This document shows, in pieces, positions 27,732 to 41,346 of a stretch of 42,027 nucleotides of DNA. The notes beneath the pieces were generated by a model. That model searched no databases. It was given only the letters and a program-made list of their open reading frames with translations, and had not been told where the DNA came from. This stretch comes from Pseudomonadota bacterium (GTDB lineage Bacteria; Pseudomonadota; Gammaproteobacteria; Poriferisulfidales; GCA-002705445). Where the stretch lies: the NCBI GenBank assembly GCA_036165695.1, contig JAYZIH010000052.1, forward strand, positions 1-42,027. The letters are read 5' to 3'. Position 1 is the stretch's first letter; each line of letters begins with the position of its first letter. A program made the position numbers and the translations under genes.

Positions 27732-29588
27732 ATGAAGAATTATGATGTTATTGTAATTGGCGGTGGTCATGCTGGGACAGAGGCTTGTTTAGCAAGCGCT
27801 AGATGTGGTTGTAAAACACTTCTTATAACCCAAAGATTTGAGACTATTGGCCAGATGAGTTGTAACCCATCTATAGGCGGAATTGGGAAGGGGCATTTAG
27901 CAAAAGAAGTTGATGCTCTTGGCGGGGCTATGGCTAGAGCTGCTGATCTTTCTGGAATTCATTTTAGAACTTTAAACAAAAGAAAAGGGCCTGCCGTTTG
28001 GGCAACTAGGGCACAAGCTGACAGAGAGCTCTATAAGAAAGCCATTCAAGGAGTTGTTAGGAGACAAAAAAATCTAGACGTATGTGAGTCTGAAGTAATT
28101 GATATTTTAGTTGATAAAAAAAATGTTTGTCATGGGGTAGAGCTTGAGACTAAAGAGAAAATATCCTCAAAAGCGGTTATTTTAACTACTGGCACATTTT
28201 TGTCTGGGAAAATTTTTATTGGTGAAAAGAGTTTTGAAGCAGGAAGGGACGGAGACAAAGCATCAAATAAGCTTGCAAAGAGGCTTAGAGATTTAGGCTT
28301 ACCACTAGGAAGATTAAAAACTGGAACACCACCGAGGCTTGATGGCAGGACGATTGATTTTAGTGTTTTAAAAGAACAACCTGGTGATGATTTAAGACCA
28401 GTTTTTTCTTTCTTTAGTAATTTGAAGGACCACCCACGCCAAATAAGTTGTTACATAGGAAGAACAAATAATCAAACACATGAAGTAATTCGAGATTCAC
28501 TAAATAAATCACCTGCGTTTAATGGTGTCATCACTGGCAAAGGCCCAAGATATTGCCCTTCTATTGAGGACAAGGTAACTAGATTCAAAGATAAAGAATC
28601 TCATCAGATTTTTTTAGAACCAGAAGGGCTAAATACGAATATAGTTTATCCAAATGGAATTTCAACTAGTCTTCCAGAAGAAGACCAGGAAAGGTTTATT
28701 AGAACAATTCCAGGACTTACAAACGTGAAGATAGAAAAATTCGGGTATGCGGTGGAATATGATTTTCTTGATCCAAGAGGACTTAGTTCTTTTCTTGAAA
28801 ATAAGGCAATAGAAAACCTATTTTTAGCAGGACAAATTAATGGAACTACTGGTTATGAAGAAGCTGCCTCACAGGGCATTGCGGCGGGCATTAATGCAGC
28901 ACAAAAAGCCCTTGGAAGAGAAATGTGGACTCCAGAAAGAGAGACATCGTATATTGGCGTAATGATTGATGATTTAATAAATCAAGGCGCTCCAGAGCCT
29001 TATAGGATGTTTACTAGCAGAGCAGAAAATAGGCTTTACTTAAGAGAAGACAATGTTATTCAAAGGCTATCATCTTGTGCTGAGAAATATGGGCTCTTAG
29101 AAGACAATAAGCTTGAAAATGTAAAAACCTACCAGAAAAATATAGAAAAAGAGTTGGGCAGGCTAAAGGGGACAAAAATTGAGATAGATGACCAAATCAT
29201 TTCAGCTTATGAGTATTTAAGGAGACCAAATACTAATTATGAGGATATAGAAAAAATCAAAAATGATTTTGCCTCCGTAGAGCCACAAGAGATTGGCATA
29301 AAATGTGCAATCGAAATAAAATATGAAGGGTATGTAAAAAGACAAAAGCAGGATATTCAGAAAAGCCAGAGAGACTATAGGATCGAGCTCCCTGAAGAGA
29401 TTGATTATAGTAAAATTACTGCCCTATCTACAGAAGCTAGAGAAAATCTTTCAAGAATAAGGCCAAAGACACTTCTTCAGGCATCAAAGATTTCTGGTAT
29501 AACGCCAGCATCTTTATCTATTTTAAAGATTCAGGCTAAAGTTAATAAGAATAATAAAAAAGTGTCTGAAAAAAATGCCCGCTCTTGA
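27732..29588 (+). CDS. mnmG: tRNA uridine 5-carboxymethylaminomethyl modification enzyme MnmG (GidA)
   Basis: FAD motif YDVIVIGGGHAGTEA, ~618 aa. ATG 27732 preferred over the adjacent TTG 27729. Confidence 0.96.
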   Translation: MKNYDVIVIGGGHAGTEACLASARCGCKTLLITQRFETIGQMSCNPSIGGIGKGHLAKEVDALGGAMARAADLSGIHFRTLNKRKGPAVWATRAQADRELYKKAIQGVVRRQKNLDVCESEVIDILVDKKNVCHGVELETKEKISSKAVILTTGTFLSGKIFIGEKSFEAGRDGDKASNKLAKRLRDLGLPLGRLKTGTPPRLDGRTIDFSVLKEQPGDDLRPVFSFFSNLKDHPRQISCYIGRTNNQTHEVIRDSLNKSPAFNGVITGKGPRYCPSIEDKVTRFKDKESHQIFLEPEGLNTNIVYPNGISTSLPEEDQERFIRTIPGLTNVKIEKFGYAVEYDFLDPRGLSSFLENKAIENLFLAGQINGTTGYEEAASQGIAAGINAAQKALGREMWTPERETSYIGVMIDDLINQGAPEPYRMFTSRAENRLYLREDNVIQRLSSCAEKYGLLEDNKLENVKTYQKNIEKELGRLKGTKIEIDDQIISAYEYLRRPNTNYEDIEKIKNDFASVEPQEIGIKCAIEIKYEGYVKRQKQDIQKSQRDYRIELPEEIDYSKITALSTEARENLSRIRPKTLLQASKISGITPASLSILKIQAKVNKNNKKVSEKNARS

Positions 29589-30192
29589 TAAGCAATTTGA
29601 GAATTTATTTTCTGATTTAAATATTAAACACAAAGAGAAGAAAAATATTTTTTGTGACTATTGCGAATTAATTGTTAAGTGGAATAAAAAGATTAATCTA
29701 ACAGCAATTGATAGTCATGAGGATATGATGTTAAAACATATAGCGGATAGTTTATCGATTTCTGATTTAATAGATGGTGACAAAATTGCTGATGTTGGAA
29801 CTGGAGCAGGTTTACCCGGAGTGCCTTTGGCGATTGTTCACCCAAATAAAAATTTTCTTTTAATTGACTCTAATCTGAAAAAAATAGACTTTCTAAATCA
29901 TGTGAAGGCGACTTTAGGGCTCAAAAATATAGAGCCATGTCATATTCGTATTGAAAAATTACCTAAAGAGAGAATTTTTGATACGATAGTTGCTAGGGCT
30001 TATGGGAGCCTTCTCAGGCTTTATGAAGATGTAAATAAAAACCTAGGTAAGGACGGTAAGATAGTTTCCATGAAAGGGCGATTGCCTAAGGCAGAGATAG
30101 ATATGCTGCCAGAAGAGCTGGATGTATCAATTAAAAAACTTGATGTGCCTAGCCTTTCTGCTGAAAGGCACGCAATAATAATAAGAATATGA
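29575..30192 (+). CDS. rsmG: 16S rRNA (guanine527-N7)-methyltransferase RsmG (GidB)
   Basis: SAM-binding motif DVGTGAGLPGVPLAI, 205 aa. Overlaps the mnmG end by 14 nt. Confidence 0.92.
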   Translation: MPALDKQFENLFSDLNIKHKEKKNIFCDYCELIVKWNKKINLTAIDSHEDMMLKHIADSLSISDLIDGDKIADVGTGAGLPGVPLAIVHPNKNFLLIDSNLKKIDFLNHVKATLGLKNIEPCHIRIEKLPKERIFDTIVARAYGSLLRLYEDVNKNLGKDGKIVSMKGRLPKAEIDMLPEELDVSIKKLDVPSLSAERHAIIIRI

Positions 30193-30203
30193 GGTAAGTA
30201 GTT

Positions 30204-30980
30204 GTGGCTAATGTAATTTCTGTTTGTAATCAAAAGGGTGGAGTAGGCAAAACAACCACTAGCGTAAATTTAGCTGCTGCCTTAACTCATAACAAAAAGA
30301 AAATCCTTCTAATTGATATGGACCCTCAAGGTAATGCAACTATGGGCTCAGGAATTGATAAAAACGAGCTTGATCGAACTGTTGCAGACGCATTGTTAGT
30401 AGGAGATGAAAATCCAAATGATATTATAATTCAAAGCGATGAAGGTTATAGTTTGCTTCCTGCAAACCAAACATTAACATACGCTGAAGTTAAGCTTCTT
30501 GAAGAAGAAAATAGAGAGTTAGTTTTAAAAAAGAAATTAATTAATATTTTAAAAAACTATGACTCATTAATTATTGATTGTCCTCCGTCTCTAAATATTT
30601 TAACAGTGAATGCTCTTGCAGCTTCGGATGCAGTTATCATTCCAACTCAATGCGAATATTACGCGCTCGAAGGTCTTGCAGCTTTGCTTGATACAATTGA
30701 AAAAATTAAAACTTCTACAAATCCAGATTTAAAAATTGAAGGTATATTGAGAACCATGTATGACCCAAGAAATAATTTATCAAGGGATGTGTCTTCAGAG
30801 CTTGAAAGTTATTTTGGAAAGCAGGTACTTAAATCTATTATACCGAGGAATATCAACTTAGCTGAAGCACCTAGCCATGGTTTATCTGTTATTAGCTATG
30901 ATTTAGCTTGCAAAGGATCTGTTGCATATTTAGCATTAGCTAAAGAAATTATAAAAAAAACTAAAGGCACAAAGAAATGA
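30204..30980 (+). CDS. parA: Chromosome partitioning ATPase ParA (Soj)
   Basis: 258 aa with a GTG start and deviant Walker A NQKGGVGKTTT. 4-nt overlap with parB. Confidence 0.93.
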   Translation: MANVISVCNQKGGVGKTTTSVNLAAALTHNKKKILLIDMDPQGNATMGSGIDKNELDRTVADALLVGDENPNDIIIQSDEGYSLLPANQTLTYAEVKLLEEENRELVLKKKLINILKNYDSLIIDCPPSLNILTVNALAASDAVIIPTQCEYYALEGLAALLDTIEKIKTSTNPDLKIEGILRTMYDPRNNLSRDVSSELESYFGKQVLKSIIPRNINLAEAPSHGLSVISYDLACKGSVAYLALAKEIIKKTKGTKK

Positions 30981-31840
30981 CAAAAAGAAAATCTGGACTG
31001 GGGAATAAAGGAGTAGAAGTTCTACTTGGCTCAAAAACTCAAGAAAAACTTAAGGGTGATGGGGTATTAGAAATTGCGTTAAAATCTATAAACTTAAGTC
31101 CTTATCAACCAAGACAAAACTTCAAAAAAGAAAGCCTTGATTCGTTAGTAGATTCGATAAAGGCCCAAGGAGTTATTCAGCCAATTTTAGTTAGAGAGGC
31201 AGATGGACAAAAATATGAATTAATAGCTGGAGAAAGAAGGGTAAGAGCTGTAAAAAAATTAGGATATAAAACAATCCCTGCGGTAGTAAAAAAAATAACT
31301 GACAAGGATGCTGCATTACAAGCACTTATAGAAAATATTCAAAGGGAAGACTTAAATCCAATTGAAGAGGCAATGTCTTTTAAGAAGATATCTGAGCTTT
31401 ATGATCTAACACACGACCAAATTTCTGAAGTAACTGGGAAATCTAGAACTCATATATCCAACATAATAAGATTACTCCGATTGGATGATTATGTTAAAAA
31501 GCTTTTAATAGATGGGATGTTAGATATGGGTCACGCTAGAGCGCTTTTATCGTTAAGTCCTGATAAACAAAAGGAACAAGCAAAAAATATTGTAAATAAT
31601 AAATTAACAGTAAGAGATGCGGAGCTTCTTGCCTCATCGCCAGAAAAAAAGATTCAAAAAGGGTCTAGTTCTAAAAAGCCAAGCCATATTTTAAATTTAG
31701 AAAGCGAGCTTTCTTCATTGCTAGGCGTGCCAGTCGAAATACAATTTTCTGAAAAAAAGAAAAATGGCAAATTAATTATAAAATATAGTGGGCTTAGCGT
31801 GCTTGATGGTGTTTTAGAAAAACTTGGTTATTCAAAATAG
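30977..31840 (+). CDS. parB: Chromosome partitioning protein ParB (Spo0J)
   Basis: 287 aa with the ParB-box arginine patch GERRVRA, a central HTH region, and the position after parA. Confidence 0.93.
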   Translation: MTKRKSGLGNKGVEVLLGSKTQEKLKGDGVLEIALKSINLSPYQPRQNFKKESLDSLVDSIKAQGVIQPILVREADGQKYELIAGERRVRAVKKLGYKTIPAVVKKITDKDAALQALIENIQREDLNPIEEAMSFKKISELYDLTHDQISEVTGKSRTHISNIIRLLRLDDYVKKLLIDGMLDMGHARALLSLSPDKQKEQAKNIVNNKLTVRDAELLASSPEKKIQKGSSSKKPSHILNLESELSSLLGVPVEIQFSEKKKNGKLIIKYSGLSVLDGVLEKLGYSK

Positions 31841-32949
31841 GTGCATTTGGTTTCTAGGAATTTATCTGTGATATTCGTGACATCTTTTTTTGAAGAATTT
31901 ATGTCTTGTGTTTTTTTAAAATTTTCTGCTAATGTAAAATAATGAACAAAGGTAGGTTTTTGGTCTACTAATTTTTTAAGACAAAATATTTTATTATTTT
32001 CAATTACCCAATTCCAGCTCTCTCTAACATGTTTCCAATAGTCTTTAGTAGAGTTCCAATATTTATAAGCTGAAGAAAAGTCATAATCACTTATTTTTTG
32101 ATATCTGGCTATTCCATACTCCGCGCCCACGAAAGTATTTTCTTCCCCTATTTTGTCATTAACTTCTTCCATGACCCACCCCCAAGGCATAATAGTTATT
32201 TTATTTATACCAAGAAGTAGAGAATAATCATTTCTTACAGAAAATTCTCTTCTTGGTAGTGGCCTAGGAGTTGTTTGACTAATCCATCTTGATGCCCCTT
32301 TATTATGAACCCAGGTGCCGTAAGATTCATATCTTGGAGTATCATCTACTTGATATACTGCTTGACTCCATTTCCCCTTGATTGCTTTGGTTTGGGAATT
32401 CACCCATGTTCTTACTGGCTTATAGTCTAAAATTTTTTTGTCTTCATAAGACCAATCTTGCCTCCAGTGTTGTTGGACAAAGGGCCCTAAGATTTTATTA
32501 TTTTCATCTATCGTATGCATAACGAGAATATGTTGAAGTGATATATGATTTTCACTATTTTGAAGAATAATTACTGCCTCAGTGCCCCAGGATTTGTACG
32601 GGCTATCAATTTTGTATTTGGCTTTTGCCCCATACATTTCAGTAAATTCAAATGAAACTTTATATTCTCCAGACATTGAAAGAATTGCAAGTCTATCCAT
32701 CTCTTTTTTACTTATTTCTTTGTTTTGAAGCTTTTGGAAGTATTCCGACGGGGCAAGATCAAGCTGAACCTCAGGCCCTTTTGTGCTCCCACCTCTAACA
32801 TCTTGTTTTTTATATCTATCTATAAGCCATTCTAGTTTTGACTGGTCAATAACCCTTGTTTTGCCACCATAATCAGCATCATTAGAGTAAGAGACGTTTG
32901 ATACGGCAAGGGCTAAGACTGCTACATAGCTAAACGATTTAATAAGCAT
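31828..32949 (-). CDS. Hypothetical exported Trp-rich protein
   Basis: Long clean ORF. The internal ATG at 32949 gives a signal-peptide-like MLIKSFSYVAVLALAVSNVSYS|ND (the ORF-track start at 32988 adds 13 aa). I counted 14 Trp in ~373 aa (HWRQDWSY, PWGWV, SWNWV). No family recognised. The 3' end overlaps the parB 3' end by 13 nt (convergent). Confidence 0.75.
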   Translation of the reverse strand: MLIKSFSYVAVLALAVSNVSYSNDADYGGKTRVIDQSKLEWLIDRYKKQDVRGGSTKGPEVQLDLAPSEYFQKLQNKEISKKEMDRLAILSMSGEYKVSFEFTEMYGAKAKYKIDSPYKSWGTEAVIILQNSENHISLQHILVMHTIDENNKILGPFVQQHWRQDWSYEDKKILDYKPVRTWVNSQTKAIKGKWSQAVYQVDDTPRYESYGTWVHNKGASRWISQTTPRPLPRREFSVRNDYSLLLGINKITIMPWGWVMEEVNDKIGEENTFVGAEYGIARYQKISDYDFSSAYKYWNSTKDYWKHVRESWNWVIENNKIFCLKKLVDQKPTFVHYFTLAENFKKTQDINSSKKDVTNITDKFLETKCTYFE

Positions 32950-33062
32950 ATCAGTTAAAATAACTCGAAGTTCCTGTATAAACAACATTTAAATCAACGT
33001 TTCACAATAAATTAGCCTACAAATAGCCATAATTAGTGTTCTTTGTTAAAATGATAAAAATA

Positions 33063-33091
33063 TTGAAATCTTATCGTTCTATTAATATACT
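33063..33091 (+). promoter_or_regulatory. Candidate sigma70 promoter of the atp operon (TTGAAA-17-TATACT)
   Basis: -35 TTGAAA (33063-68), 17-nt spacer and -10 TATACT (33086-91), 18 nt upstream of the atpI ATG. No obvious SD, so the leader would be short. Confidence 0.4.
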
Positions 33092-33108
33092 GCCTTTGCG
33101 ACAAGAAC

Positions 33109-33447
33109 ATGCTTACAAAAAGTTTTGGAATAGAAATAATAATATTTGTAGCAATCGCTTTTTTTCTAGGAATTTTAGCTAATAAAGATGTTGCAATCTC
33201 TTTCTTGGTGGGTGTGGGGATAAATATCGTCCCAAAGTGTTATTCAGCGGCTATATTGTTCGGCACAAGATCGAGATCTATTAAAGAGGAAATAAGACAT
33301 TTTTATATTGCAGAGTTTGGCAAGTGGGCCTTGGTAATTTTGATGTTCGCCCTTGTGTTTGCGTTTTTTGATATTACCTACCCTTTTGTTTTATTTATGG
33401 GGTTTTTGCTTGCTTGTATAACTACGATTTTTTTTAAAAAAACTTAG
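33109..33447 (+). CDS. atpI: ATP synthase protein I
   Basis: 112-aa hydrophobic protein at the head of the atp operon, directly before atpB. Confidence 0.8.
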   Translation: MLTKSFGIEIIIFVAIAFFLGILANKDVAISFLVGVGINIVPKCYSAAILFGTRSRSIKEEIRHFYIAEFGKWALVILMFALVFAFFDITYPFVLFMGFLLACITTIFFKKT

Positions 33448-34314
<867 letters not shown>

Positions 34315-34334
34315 AATTTTTTTGATATAAATAG

Positions 34335-34580
<246 letters not shown>

Positions 34581-34604
34581 AATTTTTTAATTGGGAGATA
34601 GAGA

Positions 34605-35075
34605 TTGAATATAAATTTAACTCTAATAGGACAAGCCATATCTTTTGCGATTTTTGTGTGGTTTTGCATGAAGTTTGTTTGGCCGCCTATAGTTGATGCG
34701 CTTGAAAAAAGAAAGAAGACTATAGCTGATGGCTTGGCTGCAGCTGAACAGGGGCAGAAAACCCTAGTAGATGCACAGGCGGAAGCAGATAAAACATTGC
34801 AAGGCGGGAAAGATGAGGCAAAAAATATTGTCGTTATGGCAGAAAAAAGAGCTAGTGACATTGTAGATGATGCCCATAGCAAAGCATCTGAAGAGAGCTC
34901 TAAGAAGATTAAAGCTGCAGAGCAAGAAATAGAACAGATGGCAATGAAATTGAAAGAGTCTCTTAAAAAAGATATTTCAGGGCTAGTTATTAATGGGGCT
35001 GAAAATATTCTACAAAAAGAAGTAGATAAAGATACGCATGAAAAAGCAATACAGGAGTTAATTAAAAAAATATAA
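34605..35075 (+). CDS. atpF: F0F1 ATP synthase subunit b
   Basis: 156 aa, TTG start after a GGGAGA SD. N-terminal TM followed by a long charged helix. Confidence 0.93.
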   Translation: MNINLTLIGQAISFAIFVWFCMKFVWPPIVDALEKRKKTIADGLAAAEQGQKTLVDAQAEADKTLQGGKDEAKNIVVMAEKRASDIVDDAHSKASEESSKKIKAAEQEIEQMAMKLKESLKKDISGLVINGAENILQKEVDKDTHEKAIQELIKKI

Positions 35076-35077
35076 AT

Positions 35078-35611
35078 ATGTCTGAACTAACAACAATAGC
35101 AAGACCATATGCAAAGGCATTAATGATGCATGCTAGGGATAAAAATAATTTAGATAATTATTTTAAAATGTTGAGTAATTTGAAACAGGTGGTTGAGAAC
35201 GAAGAAATGAAAAAAATACTTAACGATGATCGGCTAGATATAGACAGCAAAGTGAAAGCACTGCTTCTTGTTGTCGATGAATTCATTGATGAGGATTTTA
35301 GGCGGTTCATAAAATGTTTAGCACAAAACGATAGAACTACTGTAATTCCAGAGATTTTTAAATTATTTGAAGACTTGATGCTTGAAGAAAATAATTTGGT
35401 AAGAGTTATAATTGAGACAGCTTATGAAATTGAAGATAAAAATTTAAAGTTAATTTCAAAAGCTCTTGAGAATAGATTTAATAAGAAAATTGAAATTGAG
35501 CAAAAAATTGACTCATCCTTGATTGCTGGAGCAATAATTAGGGCAAATGATCTGGTAATTGATGGCTCATTGAGAGAGAAACTTAGAAAACTTGAAACAC
35601 AAATACATTAA
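35078..35611 (+). CDS. atpH: F0F1 ATP synthase subunit delta
   Basis: 177 aa with the N-terminus ...[10 protein letters not shown] typical of OSCP/delta. Operon position. Confidence 0.93.
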   Translation: MSELTTIARPYAKALMMHARDKNNLDNYFKMLSNLKQVVENEEMKKILNDDRLDIDSKVKALLLVVDEFIDEDFRRFIKCLAQNDRTTVIPEIFKLFEDLMLEENNLVRVIIETAYEIEDKNLKLISKALENRFNKKIEIEQKIDSSLIAGAIIRANDLVIDGSLREKLRKLETQIH

Positions 35612-35631
35612 AACTTTTTAGGAAATTAAAG

Positions 35632-37173
35632 ATGCAATTAAAGTCAACTGAAATAAGTGAATTAATAAAAAAAAGGATTCAAGGATCTGATTTATCAGCA
35701 GAAGCTAGAACGGAAGGAACTATAGTTGCTCTTACTGATGGAATTGTAAGAATACATGGTCTTTCTGATGTAATGGCTGGTGAGATGATTGAATTTCCAA
35801 AAAATACCTTTGGGTTAGCATTAAATTTAGAAAGGGACTCAGTTGGGGCTGTAGTTCTAGGGGATTATGCTCATCTTTCTGAAGGAGATGTTGCAAAATG
35901 TACAGGAAAAATTTTAGAGGTGCCTGTTGGAGAATCCTTAATTGGGAGAGTAGTAAATTCTTTGGGAGAGCCAATTGATGGCAAAGGTGAAATCAATTCA
36001 GAAAATTTTTCACCAATTGAAAAGATTGCACCTGGGGTTATTGAAAGACAATCAGTGGATCAACCGGTTCAAACAGGCTTGAAATCTATCGATTCTATGG
36101 TGCCTATTGGCCGAGGACAAAGAGAATTAATAATTGGTGATAGACAAACAGGGAAAACTGCTTTGGCTATAGATACAATTATTAATCAGAAAGGGACAGG
36201 CATTAAATGTATTTATGTTGCAATTGGACAAAAAAATTCTTCTGTATCAAATGTTGTAAAAAAATTAGAAGAGCATGGGGCTATGGAACATACTATTGTT
36301 GTCGCTTCTTCTGCATCTGAGTCGGCAGCTATGCAATATATTGCCCCTTACTCAGGATGTGCTATGGGGGAATATTTTAGAGATATAGGTGAAGATGCCT
36401 TAATAATTTATGATGATTTAAGTAAACAGGCTGTTGCCTATAGACAGGTCTCGCTTTTATTACGTCGACCACCAGGAAGAGAAGCTTTCCCAGGAGATGT
36501 CTTTTATCTTCATTCAAGATTATTAGAAAGATCTTCTCGTGTAAATGCTGAATACGTAGAAAACTATACTAAAGGAAAAGTAAAAGGAAAAACTGGATCT
36601 TTAACAGCTATGCCTATAATTGAAACACAGGCAGGTGACGTGTCAGCTTTTGTACCAACTAATGTAATATCTATCACTGATGGACAGATATTCCTTGAAA
36701 CCAGTTTATTTAATTCTGGGTTGAGACCAGCTATTAATGCTGGATTATCAGTTTCTAGGGTTGGTGGTGCTGCGCAAACTAAACTTGTAAAAAAATTAGG
36801 TGGTGGTGTAAGACTAGCCTTAGCACAGTACAGAGAATTAGCTGCATTCTCTCAGTTTGCTTCAGATCTTGATGAGCAAACTAGAAAACAACTCGAACGC
36901 GGTGAAAGAGTTATGGAATTAATGAAACAACCACAATATTCCCCATTAAATATTGCTGAAATGGGGGTTGTCCTTTTTGCTGTTAATGAAGGCTACCTTG
37001 ACAAAGTTGAGGTAGAGAAAGTAAAAGATTTTGAAAAAGCTCTTTTAGGATATGTGAACTCAGAACATGGTGAATTTATGGGAAGCATGAATGAGTCTGG
37101 TGACTACAGTGAATCAGTTGCTTCACAGTTAAAAGATATACTTGAAAAATTTGTTTCAACACAAACTTGGTAA
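35632..37173 (+). CDS. atpA: F0F1 ATP synthase subunit alpha
   Basis: 513 aa with Walker A GDRQTGKT. Confidence 0.98.
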   Translation: MQLKSTEISELIKKRIQGSDLSAEARTEGTIVALTDGIVRIHGLSDVMAGEMIEFPKNTFGLALNLERDSVGAVVLGDYAHLSEGDVAKCTGKILEVPVGESLIGRVVNSLGEPIDGKGEINSENFSPIEKIAPGVIERQSVDQPVQTGLKSIDSMVPIGRGQRELIIGDRQTGKTALAIDTIINQKGTGIKCIYVAIGQKNSSVSNVVKKLEEHGAMEHTIVVASSASESAAMQYIAPYSGCAMGEYFRDIGEDALIIYDDLSKQAVAYRQVSLLLRRPPGREAFPGDVFYLHSRLLERSSRVNAEYVENYTKGKVKGKTGSLTAMPIIETQAGDVSAFVPTNVISITDGQIFLETSLFNSGLRPAINAGLSVSRVGGAAQTKLVKKLGGGVRLALAQYRELAAFSQFASDLDEQTRKQLERGERVMELMKQPQYSPLNIAEMGVVLFAVNEGYLDKVEVEKVKDFEKALLGYVNSEHGEFMGSMNESGDYSESVASQLKDILEKFVSTQTW

Positions 37174-37179
37174 AAAGAT

Positions 37180-39437
<2,258 letters not shown>

Positions 39438-39443
39438 AATATT

Positions 39444-39863
39444 ATGGCAGTTATGCATTTAGATATAGTTAGCGCAGAGAAAGAAATTTTTTCGGGGAAT
39501 GTAAAAAATTTAACTGCGTCAGCATTGATGGGTGAAGTTGGTATTTATCCTAAACATACTCCAATGATTAGCCCTTTAAAGCCTGGAGAAGTTAAAGTCT
39601 TAACAGAAAATGATGAAGAACAAGTTTATTTTATATCTGGTGGAATGCTAGAAGTGCAGCCGCATGTAGTTACTATCTTGGCTGATACTGCTATGCGTGG
39701 AGATGACCTTGATGAAGCAAAAGCACTTGAGGCGAAAAAGAGAGCAGAGGAAGCTTTAGAGGATAAAAGTGATAAGATTGATTCTGCAAAAGCTTTAGCA
39801 GAGTTAGCTTCAGCTGCAGCCCAACTTAGAATGATTGAAAGTCTTAGAAAGAAAAGGAAATAA
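39444..39863 (+). CDS. atpC: F0F1 ATP synthase subunit epsilon
   Basis: 139 aa with MHLDIVSAEKEIFSG... typical of epsilon. Last gene of the operon. Confidence 0.95.
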   Translation: MAVMHLDIVSAEKEIFSGNVKNLTASALMGEVGIYPKHTPMISPLKPGEVKVLTENDEEQVYFISGGMLEVQPHVVTILADTAMRGDDLDEAKALEAKKRAEEALEDKSDKIDSAKALAELASAAAQLRMIESLRKKRK

Positions 39864-39989
39864 ATTCCAAAACTTTTTAAGAAAATCCCCTTAAAATCGG
39901 TGCTAATTCAATGTTTTTCATACATTTTGTGCATAAAATACAAACTCATAGTAGAATAATCATGTTTTTTTAATATTTAATTGTCTTCT

Positions 39990-41345
39990 ATGAGCTTACA
40001 TGTAGTTATATTGGCAGCTGGAAAAGGGAAAAGAATGAAAAGTTCTTTGCCTAAGGTTATGCATTGTGTTGGTGGAAAACCAATGGTTGAACATGTTTTA
40101 GCAACTTCAAAAAAACTTAAGCCAGATAGTATCCATGTTGTAGCTCCAAAAGATTGTGAACTAATTAAGAACTCATTAGCTGCTTATCCAATCAATTGGC
40201 ATATCCAAGAAGAACAATTAGGAACAGCTGATGCTGTAAATATCGTGCTACCAGGCTTGCCAGAAAATGAAAAAATGTTAATTCTTTATGCTGATACTCC
40301 ATTAATTGAAGAGAAAATGCTTTCAGATTTTATGTCAATGAAAGAAAGCGATTTAAATATTCTAACTGTGATGTTAGACAACCCTTTTGGGTATGGTCGT
40401 ATTGTAAGAGATAAACAAAATAAAAAAATAGATGAGATTATAGAAGAGTTAGATGCTAAGGGAGTAGAAAAAGAAATTAAAGAATGTAATACCGGAATTA
40501 TTTATGGTGATATTAAATTAGTAAAAGATATGATTGCTCTTGTAGACAATAAAAATGCGAAGAATGAATATTACTTAACTGATATTGTAAAAATTGCTAG
40601 CTCAAAAAATCTTCGTGTAACCCCAATGGTTGCTGAAAACCCAGACAGGGTTTTAGGAATTAATGATAAGTCCCAATTAGCGACAAGTGAGAAAATTTAT
40701 CAACGCATGTGTAGAGAAGAATTACTAAACCAAGGGGTTACTCTCACAGATCCTGATTCAGTTATTGTTAGAGGTAGCATTGACGTTGAAGAAGATGTTG
40801 AAATAGATGGCAATGTTATTCTAGAAGGAAATATTAGTATAGGTAAATCAGTTAAAATTCAGGCTCATTCAATACTAAAAGATACAACAATCGATGCAGA
40901 TACAATTGTTAAGCCTTACACAATTATTGAAGATTCAAAGATTGGTAAGAGTTGTACCATTGGTCCTTATGCCAGAATTAGACCTAATTGTGAAATAGAT
41001 AAGGACGTAACGATTGGCAATTTTGTTGAGGTAAAAGCAAGTACAATTGGTGAAGGAACAAAAGCAGCACATTTATCATATCTTGGTGATTCAGAAATAG
41101 GTAAAGAAGTTAATATAGGCGCAGGCACAATAACCTGTAACTATGATGGGTTTAAGAAACATAAAACTATTATTGGTGATAATGTCTTTGTTGGTTCAAA
41201 TACGGAATTAATCGCCCCTCTTGTGGTAGAAGAAGGCGTCACTATTGGCGCGGGTTCTACAATTACGGATGATTCTCCAAAAGATAGCTTAGTTATAGGA
41301 CGAGCAAGACAGATAACTAAAAAAAACTGGAAAGGGTCAAAATAA
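39990..41345 (+). CDS. glmU: Bifunctional UDP-N-acetylglucosamine pyrophosphorylase / glucosamine-1-phosphate N-acetyltransferase
   Basis: LAAGKGKRM nucleotidyltransferase motif and C-terminal hexapeptide-repeat beta-helix region. ATG 39990 preferred over the ORF-track TTG 39981. Confidence 0.95.
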   Translation: MSLHVVILAAGKGKRMKSSLPKVMHCVGGKPMVEHVLATSKKLKPDSIHVVAPKDCELIKNSLAAYPINWHIQEEQLGTADAVNIVLPGLPENEKMLILYADTPLIEEKMLSDFMSMKESDLNILTVMLDNPFGYGRIVRDKQNKKIDEIIEELDAKGVEKEIKECNTGIIYGDIKLVKDMIALVDNKNAKNEYYLTDIVKIASSKNLRVTPMVAENPDRVLGINDKSQLATSEKIYQRMCREELLNQGVTLTDPDSVIVRGSIDVEEDVEIDGNVILEGNISIGKSVKIQAHSILKDTTIDADTIVKPYTIIEDSKIGKSCTIGPYARIRPNCEIDKDVTIGNFVEVKASTIGEGTKAAHLSYLGDSEIGKEVNIGAGTITCNYDGFKKHKTIIGDNVFVGSNTELIAPLVVEEGVTIGAGSTITDDSPKDSLVIGRARQITKKNWKGSK

Positions 41346-41346
41346 A

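Noticed and set aside
32999-33005. GTTTCAC half-site of parS in the spacer upstream of atpI, and GTGAAACA at 7988-7995 inside tatB
   Set aside because: Only one half of the palindrome is present. The best 16-mer alignment at 32997-33012 matches about 10 of 16 positions. Half-sites are expected by chance.
39864-39989. Looked for an atp operon terminator, a glmU promoter or a riboswitch in the atpC-glmU spacer
   Set aside because: I could find no convincing GC-rich hairpin plus T-run and no conserved riboswitch-like motif by eye. I left it unannotated rather than guess.
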